Positions 26,768-40,788 of a stretch of 64,000 bases of DNA are shown piece by piece. The notes beneath the pieces were generated by a model. That model had not been told where the DNA came from, made no database searches, and saw nothing but the letters and a program-made list of their open reading frames with translations. The translations under genes and the position numbers were made by a program. The stretch is from Tubulanus polymorphus (lineage: Eukaryota > Animalia > Nemertea), in assembly GCF_964204645.1 (NCBI RefSeq), contig NC_134034.1:7762962-7826961 (forward strand), given 5' to 3'. Positions within the stretch are counted from its first letter, which is position 1, and every line of letters starts with the position of its first letter.

Positions 26768-28027
26768 ACTAGGGGTCCAGGGACACGATGCCCACTTGGG
26801 AAGTGGTTTCAAATGCTCAACAATCTAACAATTTCAATATTCAACGCCCCCTGGTGACCATATACAGAATCCAATGACCTTGAAACTCACCAAAATCATA
26901 GAACATGTCAGCAGCTACGATTTTGTAATTGATTGTGATAACAAAATATGCCTCGTTACCAATTTAATATGGAAATACTAAGTCATTCTACTATTCAACG
27001 CCCCCTGGTGACCATATTCAAAACCCAATGACCTCGAAACTCACCACAATCATAGAATATGTCACGAACTACAACTTTGCAATTGATCATGGTAACAAAA
27101 TATGCCTAGGTACCAATATAATAAGGAAATACTAAGTTATTCTACTATTCAACGCCCCCTGGTGACCATATAGAAAAACTTATGTCCTTAAAACTCGCAA
27201 CAATCATAGATGATGTCATGAGCTACAACTTTCCAATTGATTGTGGTTACAAAATAGGCATTGATACGAATGTAATAAAGAAATGCTAAGATATTGTATT
27301 ATTCAACGCCCCCTGGTGGCCATATACGAAATCCAATTACCTTGAAACTCACCACAATCATAGAACACGTTATGAGCTACAACTTTCTAATTGATTGTGG
27401 TGGCAAAATACGCTTAGGTATCAATATAATGTGGAAAAACTTTTTCCAACTTACGAATGAGTACTGGTGACACCAAGATGGCCGCCAATTGCGTCATAAT
27501 TGGCTGATTAAAAATACCTGTCTCAGGTATAAAACATCCCTTTCCAAAGAATACCCATCACAAATTGTAATGAGAAATGGCAAACCAGTAGGAAGCTACA
27601 GGACTCAGAATTCGTGCCAAAATTAACATTTTTGGGCACTAAAAAGGTCATTGGACGGCCATCTTGAGTCCGACCGACCCAATTTTTGTTATGTTGATGG
27701 GCCCTGGGGGGATTCACATATATCCGAAAGATCAAGGTAATTGATCGAAGCGTCTTCAAAATTTCCCTCAAAAAGTTCAAAAATGTGTAAAAAGTGCTGA
27801 TTTTGGTGAACAACAATGGCTGCCAGTCTTGATTCTGACAGGGCCAGTTTTCGGGCTGAAGATGTGTCTAGGGTAGATACATGTGTAACCCAAATATCAA
27901 GACATTACCTTGGAGCGTCTTCAAAACTTCCCAAAATAACTGGATTCCGTCTACGGACGGACGGACGGACGGACGACGGACGAAAAGTGAACGCAATAGC
28001 CCGCTGGGACTAAAAAGTGGGCTAAAA
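26768..28027 (+). mobile_element. Helentron/DINE-1-like non-autonomous element with ~158-bp internal tandem repeats
   Basis: Starts AACTAG; ~4 tandem units (TTCAACGCCCCCTGGTGACC); (GACG)n microsatellite and a small hairpin before the A-rich end. Near-identical copy at 46661-47780, partial copy at 45389-45870. Confidence 0.7.
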
Positions 28028-28350
28028 ATGTGCATATCAATAACGCGAGTGGCAATATGAGCCTATGCTGTCACTGTAATGAGTGCAGTGTGAGACCTTG
28101 GAGTAATCATTTGAATGGAGGTCGCTCGCCATTCATTCTATGGATCGATCATAGTTTCTGTCAATCAACTACAGCTGCGCGCGTTAGAGGCAGAGTAAAC
28201 AATCGAGCACACTCCGGCTGTTTCCGGCGTTGCTCGGCACTTAAATACGCTTAGTAACCTCATAAACACCGTGACGGCTTACTTCATTGCCGGCGGATTC
28301 TCCGAATTGGATTTTGAAAATCTTTCAATGTCGGAGTACTAGATTTTTAA

Positions 28351-28680
28351 GGGGTCATGAAGAAGTTTTTGAGATATGGCTAAAAGTATTTTTTATCATC
28401 AATATTAATTTATTTATTGATTTAGTGGTGAAGAAATAAATTTTTAATTCTTCAATTAGTGTTAAAACAAGACTTTTGCTCGGCCGCGCTGATTCCTTCC
28501 CAACCCGGAAGTGTGATGTCATTCTGAGAACCCAAACCAAAACAACATGGTGTGGTGTATAGAAACAAACAGCGATTAAAGTGCAAAATAGTGACTCAAA
28601 TACATCAGATTCCAATCAAACGTCTGAAGTTTAGGAAGCCAACAGTTGTAATTAATAGAGAGTCGAAATCATTTCATTTA
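28351..28680 (+). mobile_element. Possible Kolobok-like left end with degenerate THAP start
   Basis: TTAA-GGGG start, CCGGAAGT promoter-like motif, and MVWC...YIRF remnant. Confidence 0.35.
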
Positions 28681-28699
28681 ATTTAGACCCGATGCCTCA

Positions 28700-29743
28700 G
28701 AACATAGCAATTTGTGACTATAGTACAGCATATTTCTACATCGTGGAGCAGAGAGCATTCATCATCATTTAAGTCATTCCCTCTTTGTGAAAACCACGCG
28801 GAGGGGATTACTGATATAGACCTCGCAGATATTTCTGTGGGTAGAGATATTTTTATCCAGTACTGGACCATAAAAGCGTCCTGAAACCGTAAACTTGTTC
28901 GTGATTCCCAGCACAGCCTGCGCCAGTGTAATAGTAGTGTGTGCTGCATACATACAGTCAGTCAGTATGTTGTACATACTACAGCGATGTGGGTCACTGG
29001 GGAAAGCCAGTACTATATGCAGTGGAAAGCGCGTATCTCTTTAGTCTTACTAGGTATTGAATTCGCAGAAATAGCGTCACTTGGCAGAATAAAAGGCTCT
29101 CAGATAATCAATGCAGATCAGGTCAGTGCATTGAACCATGGTCACACAACTTCCAATAATCGGTACATAAACAATGTACTTAATGCCTTCTCTACAGGTA
29201 TGATAATAGGAAGTGTCATTGATGGTCGATATGTCAAACATACATCATCGAACAAAAACTGCATTCTCAATGTCACCACTGATGAGTTAAGAGCTACACC
29301 TACTGAAGTCGAGGCCAATAATATTACCGACTCCGTGATAACCATGGAGAATTTCTTTAAAACATGATGAAGAGTGTCCCCGAATTCTTGAAACACGTAT
29401 CGACAAAAACAATGCATTGTGGCTTAAATATCATCATTCATCCAAATGGCTTTCTATGGACGATAGGGATCTAGATTCACTATCAGAATATTACAACATG
29501 GTTCTAAATAAAGCAAACTTAGCTGCTGCTACAATGGATTTCGAGGATTCAATCAGGCATGGTTCACGACATAACCGCTTTATTAATGGAAATCCGATTA
29601 AGACTCGCCTCGATGAAAACGAGGTGTTAGAATATTTTGTATTCCATAGCCGTTATGAGCCCCCTAGATGGTATAAATGGCATGAAGTTATGCCAGGAAA
29701 GCAGGGCCTTTATGCCGAACGTTTATTAAGGAAATATGTTTAA
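28700..29743 (+). pseudogene. Intronless unknown protein, frameshifted, with C-terminal chromodomain-like segments
   Basis: Adjacent ORFs 28939-29367 and 29417-29743; RLDENEVLEYFVFHSRYEPPRWYKWHEV resembles a chromo fold pattern. Confidence 0.4.
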
Positions 29744-29879
29744 TCCTTACTACATATTATATCTAACTTCATCGCTAGTATCAAAATATAATAATAATTT
29801 ATTGAGCCTAAAATCCATATAAAATATGCTCATTGGCTTTACAATATAAAGACACAATTTAATCATAAAGATAGAAAAA

Positions 29880-30425
29880 ACAAATTACATCATTAGTTAA
29901 AAGCTTTAGTGAACAAATGGGTTTTAAGTTGTGATTTAAAAACATCAGTAGAAGGACTAGATTTAATTGCATCTGGTAAGGAGTTCCAATGTAGTGGGGC
30001 GGAGTAAGAAAAGGCCCTGTGACCCGCAGAGACTAGATTGACACGAGGGATGACTAGAAGTGATTGACTGTTTGATCTTAACACTCTAGAGGATGCCTAG
30101 TATTGCACTAATGATTTCAAATATTGTGGGCCTGACCATTCAAGGATTTATAAGTAAGGATCAAGATTTTAAATTGGATGCGGTATTTGATTGGAAGCCA
30201 ATGCAGATTGTGTAGAATCGGTGTTTTGTGACCAAATTTTGAGTTTCGATCCGGGCAGCAGAATTTTGAACACGTTGTAATTTATCTAAAATGTTGTCAG
30301 GGAGGCCAAAGAGTAAAGAGTTGCAATAGTCAAGGCGAGTTGTCACAAAAGCGTGAATAAGGCGTTCAGCAATTCCTTGATTCAAAAACTGTCTGATCTT
30401 ACTAATGTTTCTAAGGTGAATTTTG
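29880..30425 (-). mobile_element. L2-clade LINE 3' fragment
   Basis: LIHAFVTTRLDYCNSLLFGLP...LQRVQNSAAR; WNSLP...FKSQLKTHLF. Confidence 0.85.
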
Positions 30426-30773
30426 ATAAATCCACGTTTTAAAGGCACTGTCGAGCCGTAAACATCGGAAATTTGGCTCCGTTCAATTAGTAGCCATGTT
30501 GTGTTTTCTTTCCGACATTTCTCTCTTCTTTTCGAGGAAGAGCTATCGAATTATCCCTCTCTCCTCCACAATCAATTTCAAAGTCAATTTTATGAATTTA
30601 TTGCTCAGCGGGTCCGAGTCCAAGAGTTAACGGCGTTCGCGTCCGGCGTTCGCGTGTCTGACAGGTTTACGGGCATTTGTTTGTTACCTCTTTAATATTT
30701 TTGATTTCTTGTTATTCCGGTTATTTCATTTAAGTATATTGCTGATCAGTTCATGTAACCAAAAGCGTCAATA

Positions 30774-33700
30774 TGTATGGAACCAGGAACGTTGAGCGAA
30801 GAGAGCAAAAGAGGAACACATGCGTTTAGTAAGATGACTATCGAGTGTACTGATTTATTTACTGAGACGGATATACAGATGGTTGATTACAATATAGGTC
30901 ATTAACAGAGTTCAAGTATAGGATAGATACAATTCCTAACACTCCGGCCCCAGGAAATAATGGTTACATAAATTCGACACATTACAGAAAAATGATATTT
31001 AAACGCAAACTACTAAATATTAATGAACAAACTACATTACCTAGATTGCTTATGATTGTAGAACATATTGTCATTACGTTGTGGTTTATAGATTGAATAG
31101 ATATTAGAATTATTGTAAGCTAAGAATCAAAGTCACGTAGTTCAAAAGTAAGATAAGCTTTGGAAACATTAAACTAAACTATGAATATATATTTCGTTAT
31201 ACAATCAACGTGTCGTGAGAATTCAATCAGAGTAGATCATTATTTAGTACATATCAATCATTTTAAGTTCAATTCAGCAGACCAATCTTTGATGCAACGT
31301 TTCGCTTGAACGGCTGCGTTTCTCGTTCGGCACGGGTTGAACGGTATTTCATTCGAATTGTCCTTATCGGTATTTGTCGCGTTGTCACATCGCGATTCGG
31401 TATCGCACGTTTCGGGATCACAATTGATTTCTAACGGATACAACTTCATTATAGGTCGATTTGTCATACCGTTCTTTGTTTTGATCATCGCAGATCGTAC
31501 AAGTCCATCGGAGCCGCGATTTATATCGGTAACCAAAGCAAGGTTCCAGTTCGCTCGTTTAGTTTCGTCGGAGTGAACCATGACAACGTCTCCGATTCTA
31601 ATTTTATTCTCGGTGTGTCCCTTTTTACAGTTATTCGCATGTGATTCGCGTAATGCTGGTAGGTATTCGTCTCTCCAACGCTTTTCACATGTTTTGAAAA
31701 GATTATCCAAATACACAGATCTTTTCTGAAAATCGGATCTTTCACGCGGTATGTAATTCGGATCGATCAGTTCTTCTTCGCAGACAAATGCGTGCGGGAG
31801 TGAAGTTAGTCTTCTACCGTTTATTAGGTGAGATGGTGTCAAGGGCTCCAATTCGTTTACGTCGGACGACACATATGTTAGCGGGCAGTCATTAACGGCT
31901 GCTTCGACTTCCGTAAGCAGGGTGTTCAATTCGTCGGCCGTTACGGATGTTCGTCCTAGCGTCTTCTTGATCGCATTTTTTGTGACGCCAATTAGTCGTT
32001 CGTAGAATCCCCCGAACCATGGGGCGCGTTTGGGAATAAATTGCCATTCCACGTATTTCGAGAGGAAATCTTTTACGGTTTTCTCCTCCTGTAGTTTCGC
32101 GATAAAATCGGCGGCGTTTGTGAAGGTTGACCCATTGCCCGATATCATTAATCGCGGTAATGATCTCCTGCTAGCGAACCTACGAAAGGCGCGAATGAAT
32201 GATTCGGTTTTCATGTCTAAAACCAATTCCAAGTGTACCGCCCTGGTAATAGCGCACGTGAACAAACAAACATAGGCTTTATTATCGCGCGCCGTAGCTG
32301 ACCTATAATAGAGAGCACCGGTGAAATCGACACCAGTTACAGCGAATGGTTCCTTATGATCCACGTGGCTGACTGGTAACGGCGGAGTTAGAGGCGGAGC
32401 GTACGGTTTCCCGCCGTTTTTTAAGCAAATCACACTTTTTCGGATCACCGAATTTACGGCCTGACGAATACGCGGTATCCAGTGTGTTTGACGGATGAAC
32501 GATATCGTAGATGACGCTCCGGAGTGAAGGTTCAACACGTGTGCGTTCTGAATCATCAATCTAGTATACAGATGTTTGATGGGGAGAAGAATCAGGTATT
32601 TCGCGCCATATTTGATACTCGCATTTTGTAACCGCCCACCGCATCGAATGACACCGTTGTCAGTCACGAATAAGTTTAATTGGCGTGCTAAACCAATCTT
32701 ACGTTTATTGTACGAGGCCATGATTCCCGGAAATTCGTTATCTTGCAGATTTCGAATCCACGCTTGTTCTGCTAGACGCAAGTCCGGTACCGAAATGTGA
32801 CGGGTACTTTTATTCCCTTTGAGTCGCGTTATAAATTTCATGACGAGAGCGGTAACGCGTAACAATCTTGGTAGCGTCGCGAATTCGGCGATTTCGATTA
32901 TGTTATGTAATCCGCATATGTCTGTGATTGCAGTAGTGCAAACGAGTTGCGGCTCGTCGTAGGTGAGCTCGTTGACATGCGTAATAGGCTCATCAAACAT
33001 TTCGCATACTGGCCAATCGCCGTTCGGAAGCCAATGTGGACCGTTCCACCACAGATCCGAATTTTGAAGTTCGGTCGCTTTTACTCCACGTGTGAGTAAA
33101 TCGGCTGGGTTGTCTTTCGTGTAACAATACTTGATATCGTCGAAATCTCTCATTCGAATTTCCTTTACGCGGTTTTCAACAAATACGGGTAGCTTTTTCT
33201 GACTTCTAATCCAGTGAATAACAATTTGACTGTCAGACCATAGGATGGTCTTCACAATCTGAGATTTCGTCAGCGAATCCACGATAAATTTCGATAGTCG
33301 CGTCGCATTGAGAGCTGCCATGAGCTCCATTCGTGGTAACGTGATCTCTTTTAACGGTTTCACTCGCGACTAAGCCATAACAACTGATACGTTATTATCG
33401 GAAATGCGTTTCAGATAGGCAACAGCACCGTACGCAACAGTGCTTGCATCGGCAAACATATGCAATTCGCAATTATCGCATATTCCGGTATCGAAATATT
33501 TCCGCTTGTAAGATATATCCCTAGCGTTTTTGAGTTCGGGATATATATTTCTCCATTCGTTCGCGAGATTTTCGGGCAAACGTTCATCCCAGTTCAATTT
33601 TCCGAGCCATAGCTTTTGAATGAACGTTTTCGCGCGTATGTGTACGGGTGAGAGTAACCCGAGCGGATCGTATAGATCAGACGTAGATCTCACTACTTCG

Positions 33701-36700
33701 CGTTTCGTTAGTAGTGGCTCAGAGTTATCAGATTTCGACTTCTTGTATGTCAACGAATCTTCTACAGTATCCCATACCAAGCCGACAACGTTGACAGATG
33801 CTTCCCGGTCGTGTCGATTGTCTTGTTGCATGACTGCTCTGAGTTGGGGGTTGTTGGTCGACGACGATCTGAGTAAAAACCCGCCCTTCTCCATCATCCG
33901 GTTCACCTATTGTAGAATGTGACAGCTTGATCTTCTATTACAGTTAGATGTTATCGACATAAATGTTCTCCATAATGTTTTCTGCTACCGGACACGATTC
34001 GTTCTCAAGGTGTGTTTTGATAGCGGCGTTGAGGATGAACGGTGAACTGACTGACCCAAACAACACTGACTAATATTGATACACCTTGAACTGACTTTCT
34101 CGGTCCTTTGGGTCAGAAAGCCACAGAAATTTGGTGTATTTTCGATCTTTTTCCTCGAGTCGTACATTCAGAAAGGCTTTTTCGATATCACTGCTGATTG
34201 CAATGGTATTGAGTCAGAATCGTAGAAGAATCTGAACGAGATCGTTGATTAACGGTTCTCCGGCTTCCAGGCAATCATTGAGGCTGGGATTCCCTCTTAC
34301 ATTGAAGCTACAATCATAGACAATTCTTATGGGTGTTTTTTGCGAATCTTTCTTTACTGCCTGATGAGGGATGTAGTGGCCTGTATTCGGGTCGTCGTCT
34401 GGTATCTCTTCGATAAAGTCTCTTGCACACTGCTCTCGAATAATGTTGTCATAATGCTCTAGTAAATCTGATGATAGGTTGTGTATCATCGCGCGTGTTC
34501 GTCTCTTGCATACACTGTAATTTGACGGAAGTGCTTCGTGATCACCTTTCCACGGTAGAGCCGCCACGTATCTTCCATCTCCATCCCGACGAAGTTTTTC
34601 GGAACGATAATTGAGATACGATGTAGGTTTCGAGTCGTTTTCGTCCTTTATCCCTATTGTCTCGAGGTCCCAGTAGCGAGATAGGTTTTCCTCTTCGTGA
34701 ACAGGGCTCGTTAGAAGCTTAAAGCAAGTGGTCATCACCGTCGTTGATGGGAAATCTGTTGGTCCTGACAGGAGATAACCCAATTTTGAGGCAACAGCTG
34801 TGGGGCCCTGTCCTCTGATGACCTTATCTTTGACTACAGACCAGTAATGGTCTGCACCTATCAGGAGGTCAATTTCAAACGAATCGGTTGTAGCGTACGG
34901 GGCCAACTCAATTTTCTGCAGATAATCATAATTCGTTGCTGCCTTGTATACATAGTTTTTCATCGGTGTTGAGATCTTGATGGCTCCCGATGGCGTTTGT
35001 AGTTTTAGGTCAGTCACCCCAACTGATTGGATGCCAGATGTGTTGGCGCCAAATGCCGAAACGCATATAGTTTCCCGGTCGATGAGATTTAGGTCGATCG
35101 GAAGTCTTCTAGCGGCATCGTGAGAGATAAAAGAACGCTGCGCTCCCTCGTCGAAAAGAATGTTTACGACAGTGGATCCGGAGTTTGCCGAAATTGAACC
35201 CACAGCTGTTTTCAATATGACTGTTCCAGATGTTGGTGTCAATTTGGCCTCTACGATGGTGGGATTTTGCTTCACTGACCAGTTCCCATGGCCTTCTCTC
35301 TCAGTGCAAAGTAGTGTGTGGTGTCGCCGATTGCATATTCTGCAAGTCCACCTTGAGTTGCAATTACTAACTTTGTGGGTTCCAAGACAATTAAAACATA
35401 GTCTGTTTTTTCGGACAATTTCTTCTCGCTTTTCTGGCGACGTGACGACGGTGCATTCAATAGGTGTGTGGTTTCCTCTACAAAATTGACATTTTCTGAT
35501 TGGTCGGTCACCTGGTCGTTCGCGTCGTTCGGGGTGTTGATTCCGAGTGATGAATGCTGATACAGATGGTAATTCATATACACTGGTAGGCCTATCTGAC
35601 GATTCCGCTTCTGAGGCTTCTATTTCTTTCTTCAGAGCCTGTCGAAGCGTAGTGAGCGTCCAGTCTGTGTTGCCATTCCCACGAGTAAGCTGTTTCCTTA
35701 CTGATCCGGGTATTTTTTCAAGTATAATTGGGACGAGAAGATCACCATACCCGTCTTCTGTCTTCCCTAGAACATTCAAACCACAAATGTAACTTTCTGA
35801 ATTATCCGAGAATATTTTCAATTGAGTGATGTTTTCTCCTGGTTTAGGGAGCTCCCATAAAGCTTTCATGTATGAACTTCCGATTTTTTGTGTCTGGCCA
35901 TATCGTGTCGTGAGCAGCTCTAACGCGTTGAGATAATTTGCATCGGTTAGAGCTAACCCTTCGATCGTACGCGATGCCTCTCCGGTTACTAATCCTCTGA
36001 GGTACTGAAACTTGACGACATTATCGAGATGTTGATCGTTATGGATAGCTGAGTTGAAACTGTCCATGAAACCTTGCCAAGTGAGTATATCACCGTCAAA
36101 CTTAGCGAGGGTGAGTTTGGGCAAGTTTAGCGTCTTGGATGTCCATTGGGTGGTGGAGATTTCACTTACATTAAATGTTGATGTATCGGCGCCTGGAGAG
36201 GTTTCAATCCGTTTCCGTTCGAGAAACTTTTTTAATTTTTCATTTTTGCTGATAATGTCCGTACTATAGTCGTCGGCTTCGATTATCGCTCGTTCTAGAT
36301 CATTATCCTCAGTCATTTCGATTATGCCGTTATCTAATTGTTGAATGTTGCGTAACTTGGTCGTGATTACTTCGATTTTGGTTTCCAATTCGTCGAGGTC
36401 TTCCCCTGAAATTGTGGGCTTTTCGAGTACCGCCTCAGCCCCGGAGACAGCCTTGGTAGGGTCCTCTTGATTTTCTCTGTCTTTCGATTGTACATGTATT
36501 CGTTTGCGGGTCTGCAGTTGTAGCCATCCTGGTCACGGCACCAAAATGTATGGAACCAGGAACGTTGAGCGAAGAGAGCAAAAGAGGAACACGTGCGTTT
36601 AGTAAGATGACTATCGAGTGTACTGATTTATTTACTGAGACGGATATACAGATGGTTGATTACAATATAGGTCATTAACAGAGTTCAAGTATAGGATAGA

Positions 36701-36714
36701 TACAATTCCTGACA
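30774..36714 (-). mobile_element. Full-length BEL/Pao LTR retrotransposon
   Basis: 168-bp LTRs (30774-30941, 36547-36714; 2 differences seen), CAATA TSD (30769-30773, 36715-36719), PBS TGGTGCCGTGACCAGG, PPT GGGGCCGGAG. Confidence 0.97.
31258..36530 (-). pseudogene. BEL/Pao gag-pol polyprotein (DUF1759, CCHC knuckles, protease, RT, RNase H, integrase), disrupted
   Basis: LPKLTLAKFDG, CFNCLGTH, LFDEGAQRSF, RIVYD, DIEKAF, LHMFADAS, PRMELMAA, GVDFTG, PWFGGFYERL; stops at 34214 and 33370, frameshifts near 33900-34170. Confidence 0.93.
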
Positions 36715-36997
36715 CAATAAACAGAGTTTGAATTTATCAAGTTTAGATAAAGGTCGTTGAGTCGCGTAGGGCTACTAGAATTACGTTCGTCTCATAGAGG
36801 AAACAAATTATCGATAGCCTACTACGGTACACACAGTTGACAAACAGTGTTAGGCCTGTGCCGGTTGGTGCGCACTCGGACTAAATATACTGGTTGGCCA
36901 GTTGGTTCGGTTGTGAAATGTGGAAGCTAAGAAAGCCTACCGTTATTTATTTGTCTATAGGCCTATTAAAGTAGCCAATACCATTTGAATTACGAAA

Positions 36998-37313
36998 TTG
37001 TTACCCGTACGTGACTGTACGGTGATATCAACAGGTTAACCGTTCGTGAGTTCCCTAAAAACGCTGTACTTGAGTTCCTATAATCTGCAAACGCGCATGC
37101 GTGAAAGAATAAAGTTTGGGTTAGGTGAGGCTAGGCTATTTTTAAATCAAATTTCATCCACCCTGCAGTTACGTTCCCTGGCACAGTGGGTAACTGGACT
37201 ACTACTGGATTTTTTTTCGTTTGGTTTCGAATCCCAATATTTCAAGTCTGAGTGTCAACGTACTCACATACGGCTAACCTGTAGAAATCGCCGTACAGTC
37301 ACGTACAGGTAAC
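36998..37313. mobile_element. MITE with ~50-bp TIRs
   Basis: GTTACCCGTACGTGACTGTACGG / CCGTACAGTCACGTACAGGTAAC. Confidence 0.65.
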
Positions 37314-38083
37314 AACAGCGTTTTAAGTATTAAGTGAGTACGACAAGCCTACCATGCCTATGTACTACAAACACAACTTTTTCCCTCTCTTCGGCCCTCC
37401 AGTGATGTTACTATAACTGGTGCCATTATAACATGGATAGGATTAGGTCAGGACTAGCCTAGTCTAATTCAGTCTATGTACTAATTCACTCGATTGGCCT
37501 ATTTTTAAAACAATACAGTGAAGTATTCACACGCAGAAAGACTAATTGATTTGAGCCATGTGATTAAATTTGGCCAGGCCTTCTCTGACCTGCTGACATT
37601 AATAGTCAAACCAAAACGTTCATGTGGTCACGGCTTGTATACCAAAATCACTGTAGGCCTGTACATTTTGGTATACCGATTTCTCCATTCTTGACTGATA
37701 AGTGTACAGCTGTACGTACAGCTGTACGCATTATACAATTGTTCCAATGGGAATAGGGCCTATTGATTGGGCTTATTATTTCCTGCTTTAGAATACTGAA
37801 ATAAGCCTAACGTTCATTCAAATATCCAACATCGGTGAAAGTTTGATTACAGTATACATGTACTGTAGGTTTTCATGTTGTATGAATATTTTGCAGTTCA
37901 AATGGGAATGATGCTGATTCCAATGTCAAACGCAAGAAGTACAGTCAACACCAATGAAGATATCTCTCTTCGACCGATGTTGCACCATAGAAGATCTGAT
38001 TCTTTCAACTCAAGGAAAGTGATTCAACACGATCGACATAACACTGGAATAGGTTTGCAGTAACTAACGGTTCATTTCATTTA

Positions 38084-38673
38084 CCGTAAAAACCGGCGTA
38101 TAAGTCTACGCGGCGTATAAGTCGAGGTCGATTTTTAGACCTTCATTTCATGATTTTAACATATATCCGGCTTATAAGTCGAGTCCCTTCTTTTAGAAGA
38201 ATAATTACTAGTATCATTGTATTGAATAGTTTGTTTTGATAACGATGTGCGCCTTCACGCACGCCACCACGCCTCAGCCTGATTGCTGCTGTGTGTTAAT
38301 CAATAGACTGTTACACACACGGGTATAATACACTACCATACAGTGATACAATAGTGTGAGTCACACGCTATATATAGCCTAATGTATAAAGCGCTGCTAT
38401 GAGCGCGCATATATGAATACATCGTTTTAAATGAAGCTGTGTCAAAATGAAAGAAGTTTTTTTTCATTAAATAGCTTTATTTATCATGAATAATTATTGA
38501 AACTGTTATAGCAGTGAGAAGATGAACACTGTCTTTTTTGTCTGGTAGAATCAATATTTCTTGTGACCTGAAAATACTTTGTAGAAAACTGTACTTGGCG
38601 TATAGGTCGAGGTCAATAATTTAGTGGTAAAATCAAGGGTTAAAAACCTCGACTTATACGCCGGTTTTTACGG
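38084..38673. mobile_element. Tc1/mariner-pogo-type MITE
   Basis: TA TSD; perfect TIR CCGTAAAAACCGGCGTATAAGTC; internal TATAAGTCG repeats. Confidence 0.85.
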
Positions 38674-39579
38674 TAGTCCTATGTACTTCTTAGCCAATTT
38701 GGATTTGATTGATATTGAAACTCTGGAACTGTTAACGAAAGACAAGTAAGACGAGTCGGAAAAAAACAAGTTATGCTTGATTCTCATTTCAAATTTAATT
38801 CAAATTCAAATTTATTTTATTACATCATATTTACAAAGCATATCATTGGTTCATACAGTAATAAAAATTAGGACAGAACAAATATTATTACAGAATTTCC
38901 AAAAAGGCAATGAATTTCTATAACTAAATGAACACTATTTTTCTAATAACTCAGATCAAGAGTGACTCTCCCGTTTATTAGGAAACACACGCAACTAGTG
39001 GAATAGGTTTGATTTACACACATGTTGCAGGTATCAATTGTTTATCACTATAGAATTTGTAAACCATAAAAGCCAAAATCAACATCAGCCGGAAACTCAG
39101 ACCAAATCATTTCATAATTTATTGATTGAATCTACACTACAATATGTATTTATTCAAATATTTCAATAAAAACATTAAATCTTAAATCTATTCTAAATCA
39201 TAATACGTTCTTATCTGTAAATTCACTCAATCTATCGACTCAGCAGGTGCTTAAGATGAGTTCTTAATAGGACAGATCCATTTTTAACCATGGTGATAAT
39301 ACAGTATCGTGATGTTTGAATGCCAAAATAAATGCCTAGTCAAATGAATTAATATTTGTTGATTGTACATCCGCGTATGTTCGGTTTCAAACCTGTATCA
39401 TATTTGACGTTTACACAGTGGTTGCATATTAGGTTCGAATCTGTCAATGCATTTTATTCTATGTATCGATATTTCAATTTACTACAATTCCCATCGTTCT
39501 GAATGGCTTTGCAGAAAACCCGTCATCGCTGCCTGGCAGCTATATTTATTATTAATTTTCACATTTTCACACTGGAACT

Positions 39580-39925
39580 TACCATCCTCCCCCGGCAGGG
39601 ATTCGAACCTGATGGCATCGAGATTGTCACGGCACGAAACCCTGCCATAATCGACCGTGTGCGCAGATACATGCGCAGTTCAGATGATGTGATTTTTAGC
39701 CAATCAGAAATCCCGTTTTATTTTAGCCCGGGTTTTCCCATTTATAGTTCTTCCTTAAAATTTGCCTCAACGATTATACAACGAGCAATCTGATTGGTGC
39801 CGCCAGTTTTCGTTCGGAAACCTGCGCATGTACCTGCGCACCCGGTCTACTGATGCAGGGGTTCGTGCCGTGGCTGAGTGTAGCGATGCCATCAGGTTCA
39901 AGTCCCTGCAGAGGGAGGATGGAAA
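39580..39925. repeat. Palindromic element with two outward-facing tRNA-like (A/B box) arms
   Basis: Arms ~39580-39680 and ~39820-39925 are inverted. The right arm has TGGCTGAGTG and GGTTCAAGTCC; the left arm has GGATTCGAACC. Confidence 0.6.
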
Positions 39926-40788
39926 CTTACTGAAAATCTATAAATTACTGTCACTCGCTTCCATTCCCAATGAAACCATATTTTATCACAAGTACTACGT
40001 TGTATTCACAAATACTGCAAGGGTTTTTCATCTGATCCTCACAGTTCAATTACTTCAAGCCTCTATACAGTGCAAATTAGCTCCGCATTGAATAGTTCGC
40101 CATTTTAGTGGACGACCCTCCAGTTCCTATTAACTACTTACAAATGTATCAGTGCGCGAGTACCTGTGAGTATAGTTATTGGGATAACACTTCATTGCCG
40201 GGTAAAACCGATATAGACAACTCACTGCCTTTCATGCGCCTCAAAAATTTCCATAATTCATCACCATTTTGGAAACGTAAACAACAGGCTATGATAGTCA
40301 TAACTGGGATCATGGATATAGGCAAATGACACGCTATAGGCATTTTTCTTTCCGATTATCAGTTCTATACGATACAGCGGTATGGGACTATAACCATGGC
40401 AGTAGAGATATGACGGGTGGTGTTCGGTGACTGGCAGGATTTTTACTAGCTATGATGCATATAATATGGTCTTCAACCGTAAAATTCAACCAAAAACTTA
40501 AGCCTGTAGAGCAAACGACTGGAACAAACGACTGCCCAGACAGACGGACGGACACCGGCGACGACAATACCCCTTGCAGCCAAGGGCCAAGGGATAAAAA
40601 ATAAAAACTGGATTCCATTATTGGACGGGTCTACAAACATTGGAAAACAGTCACAATAGCCTGCTAGCACTAAAGTCCTAAGTGAACAAAAGAGAATGCA
40701 CCAAAGACTTATAATCTTTGTAAGGTAGACATACATATCACAAAGACATAAGACGGGTAATGAAATAAATATTCTAGAGGACACTTAC

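Noticed and set aside
26820-27430. CRISPR-like regularly spaced repeats (TTCAACGCCCCCTGGTGACC)
   Set aside because: The intervening sequences are homologous to each other (158-bp tandem units), there are no cas genes, and the context is eukaryotic.
31337-36269. Plus-strand ORFs within the BEL element
   Set aside because: Antisense shadows of the gag-pol frame.
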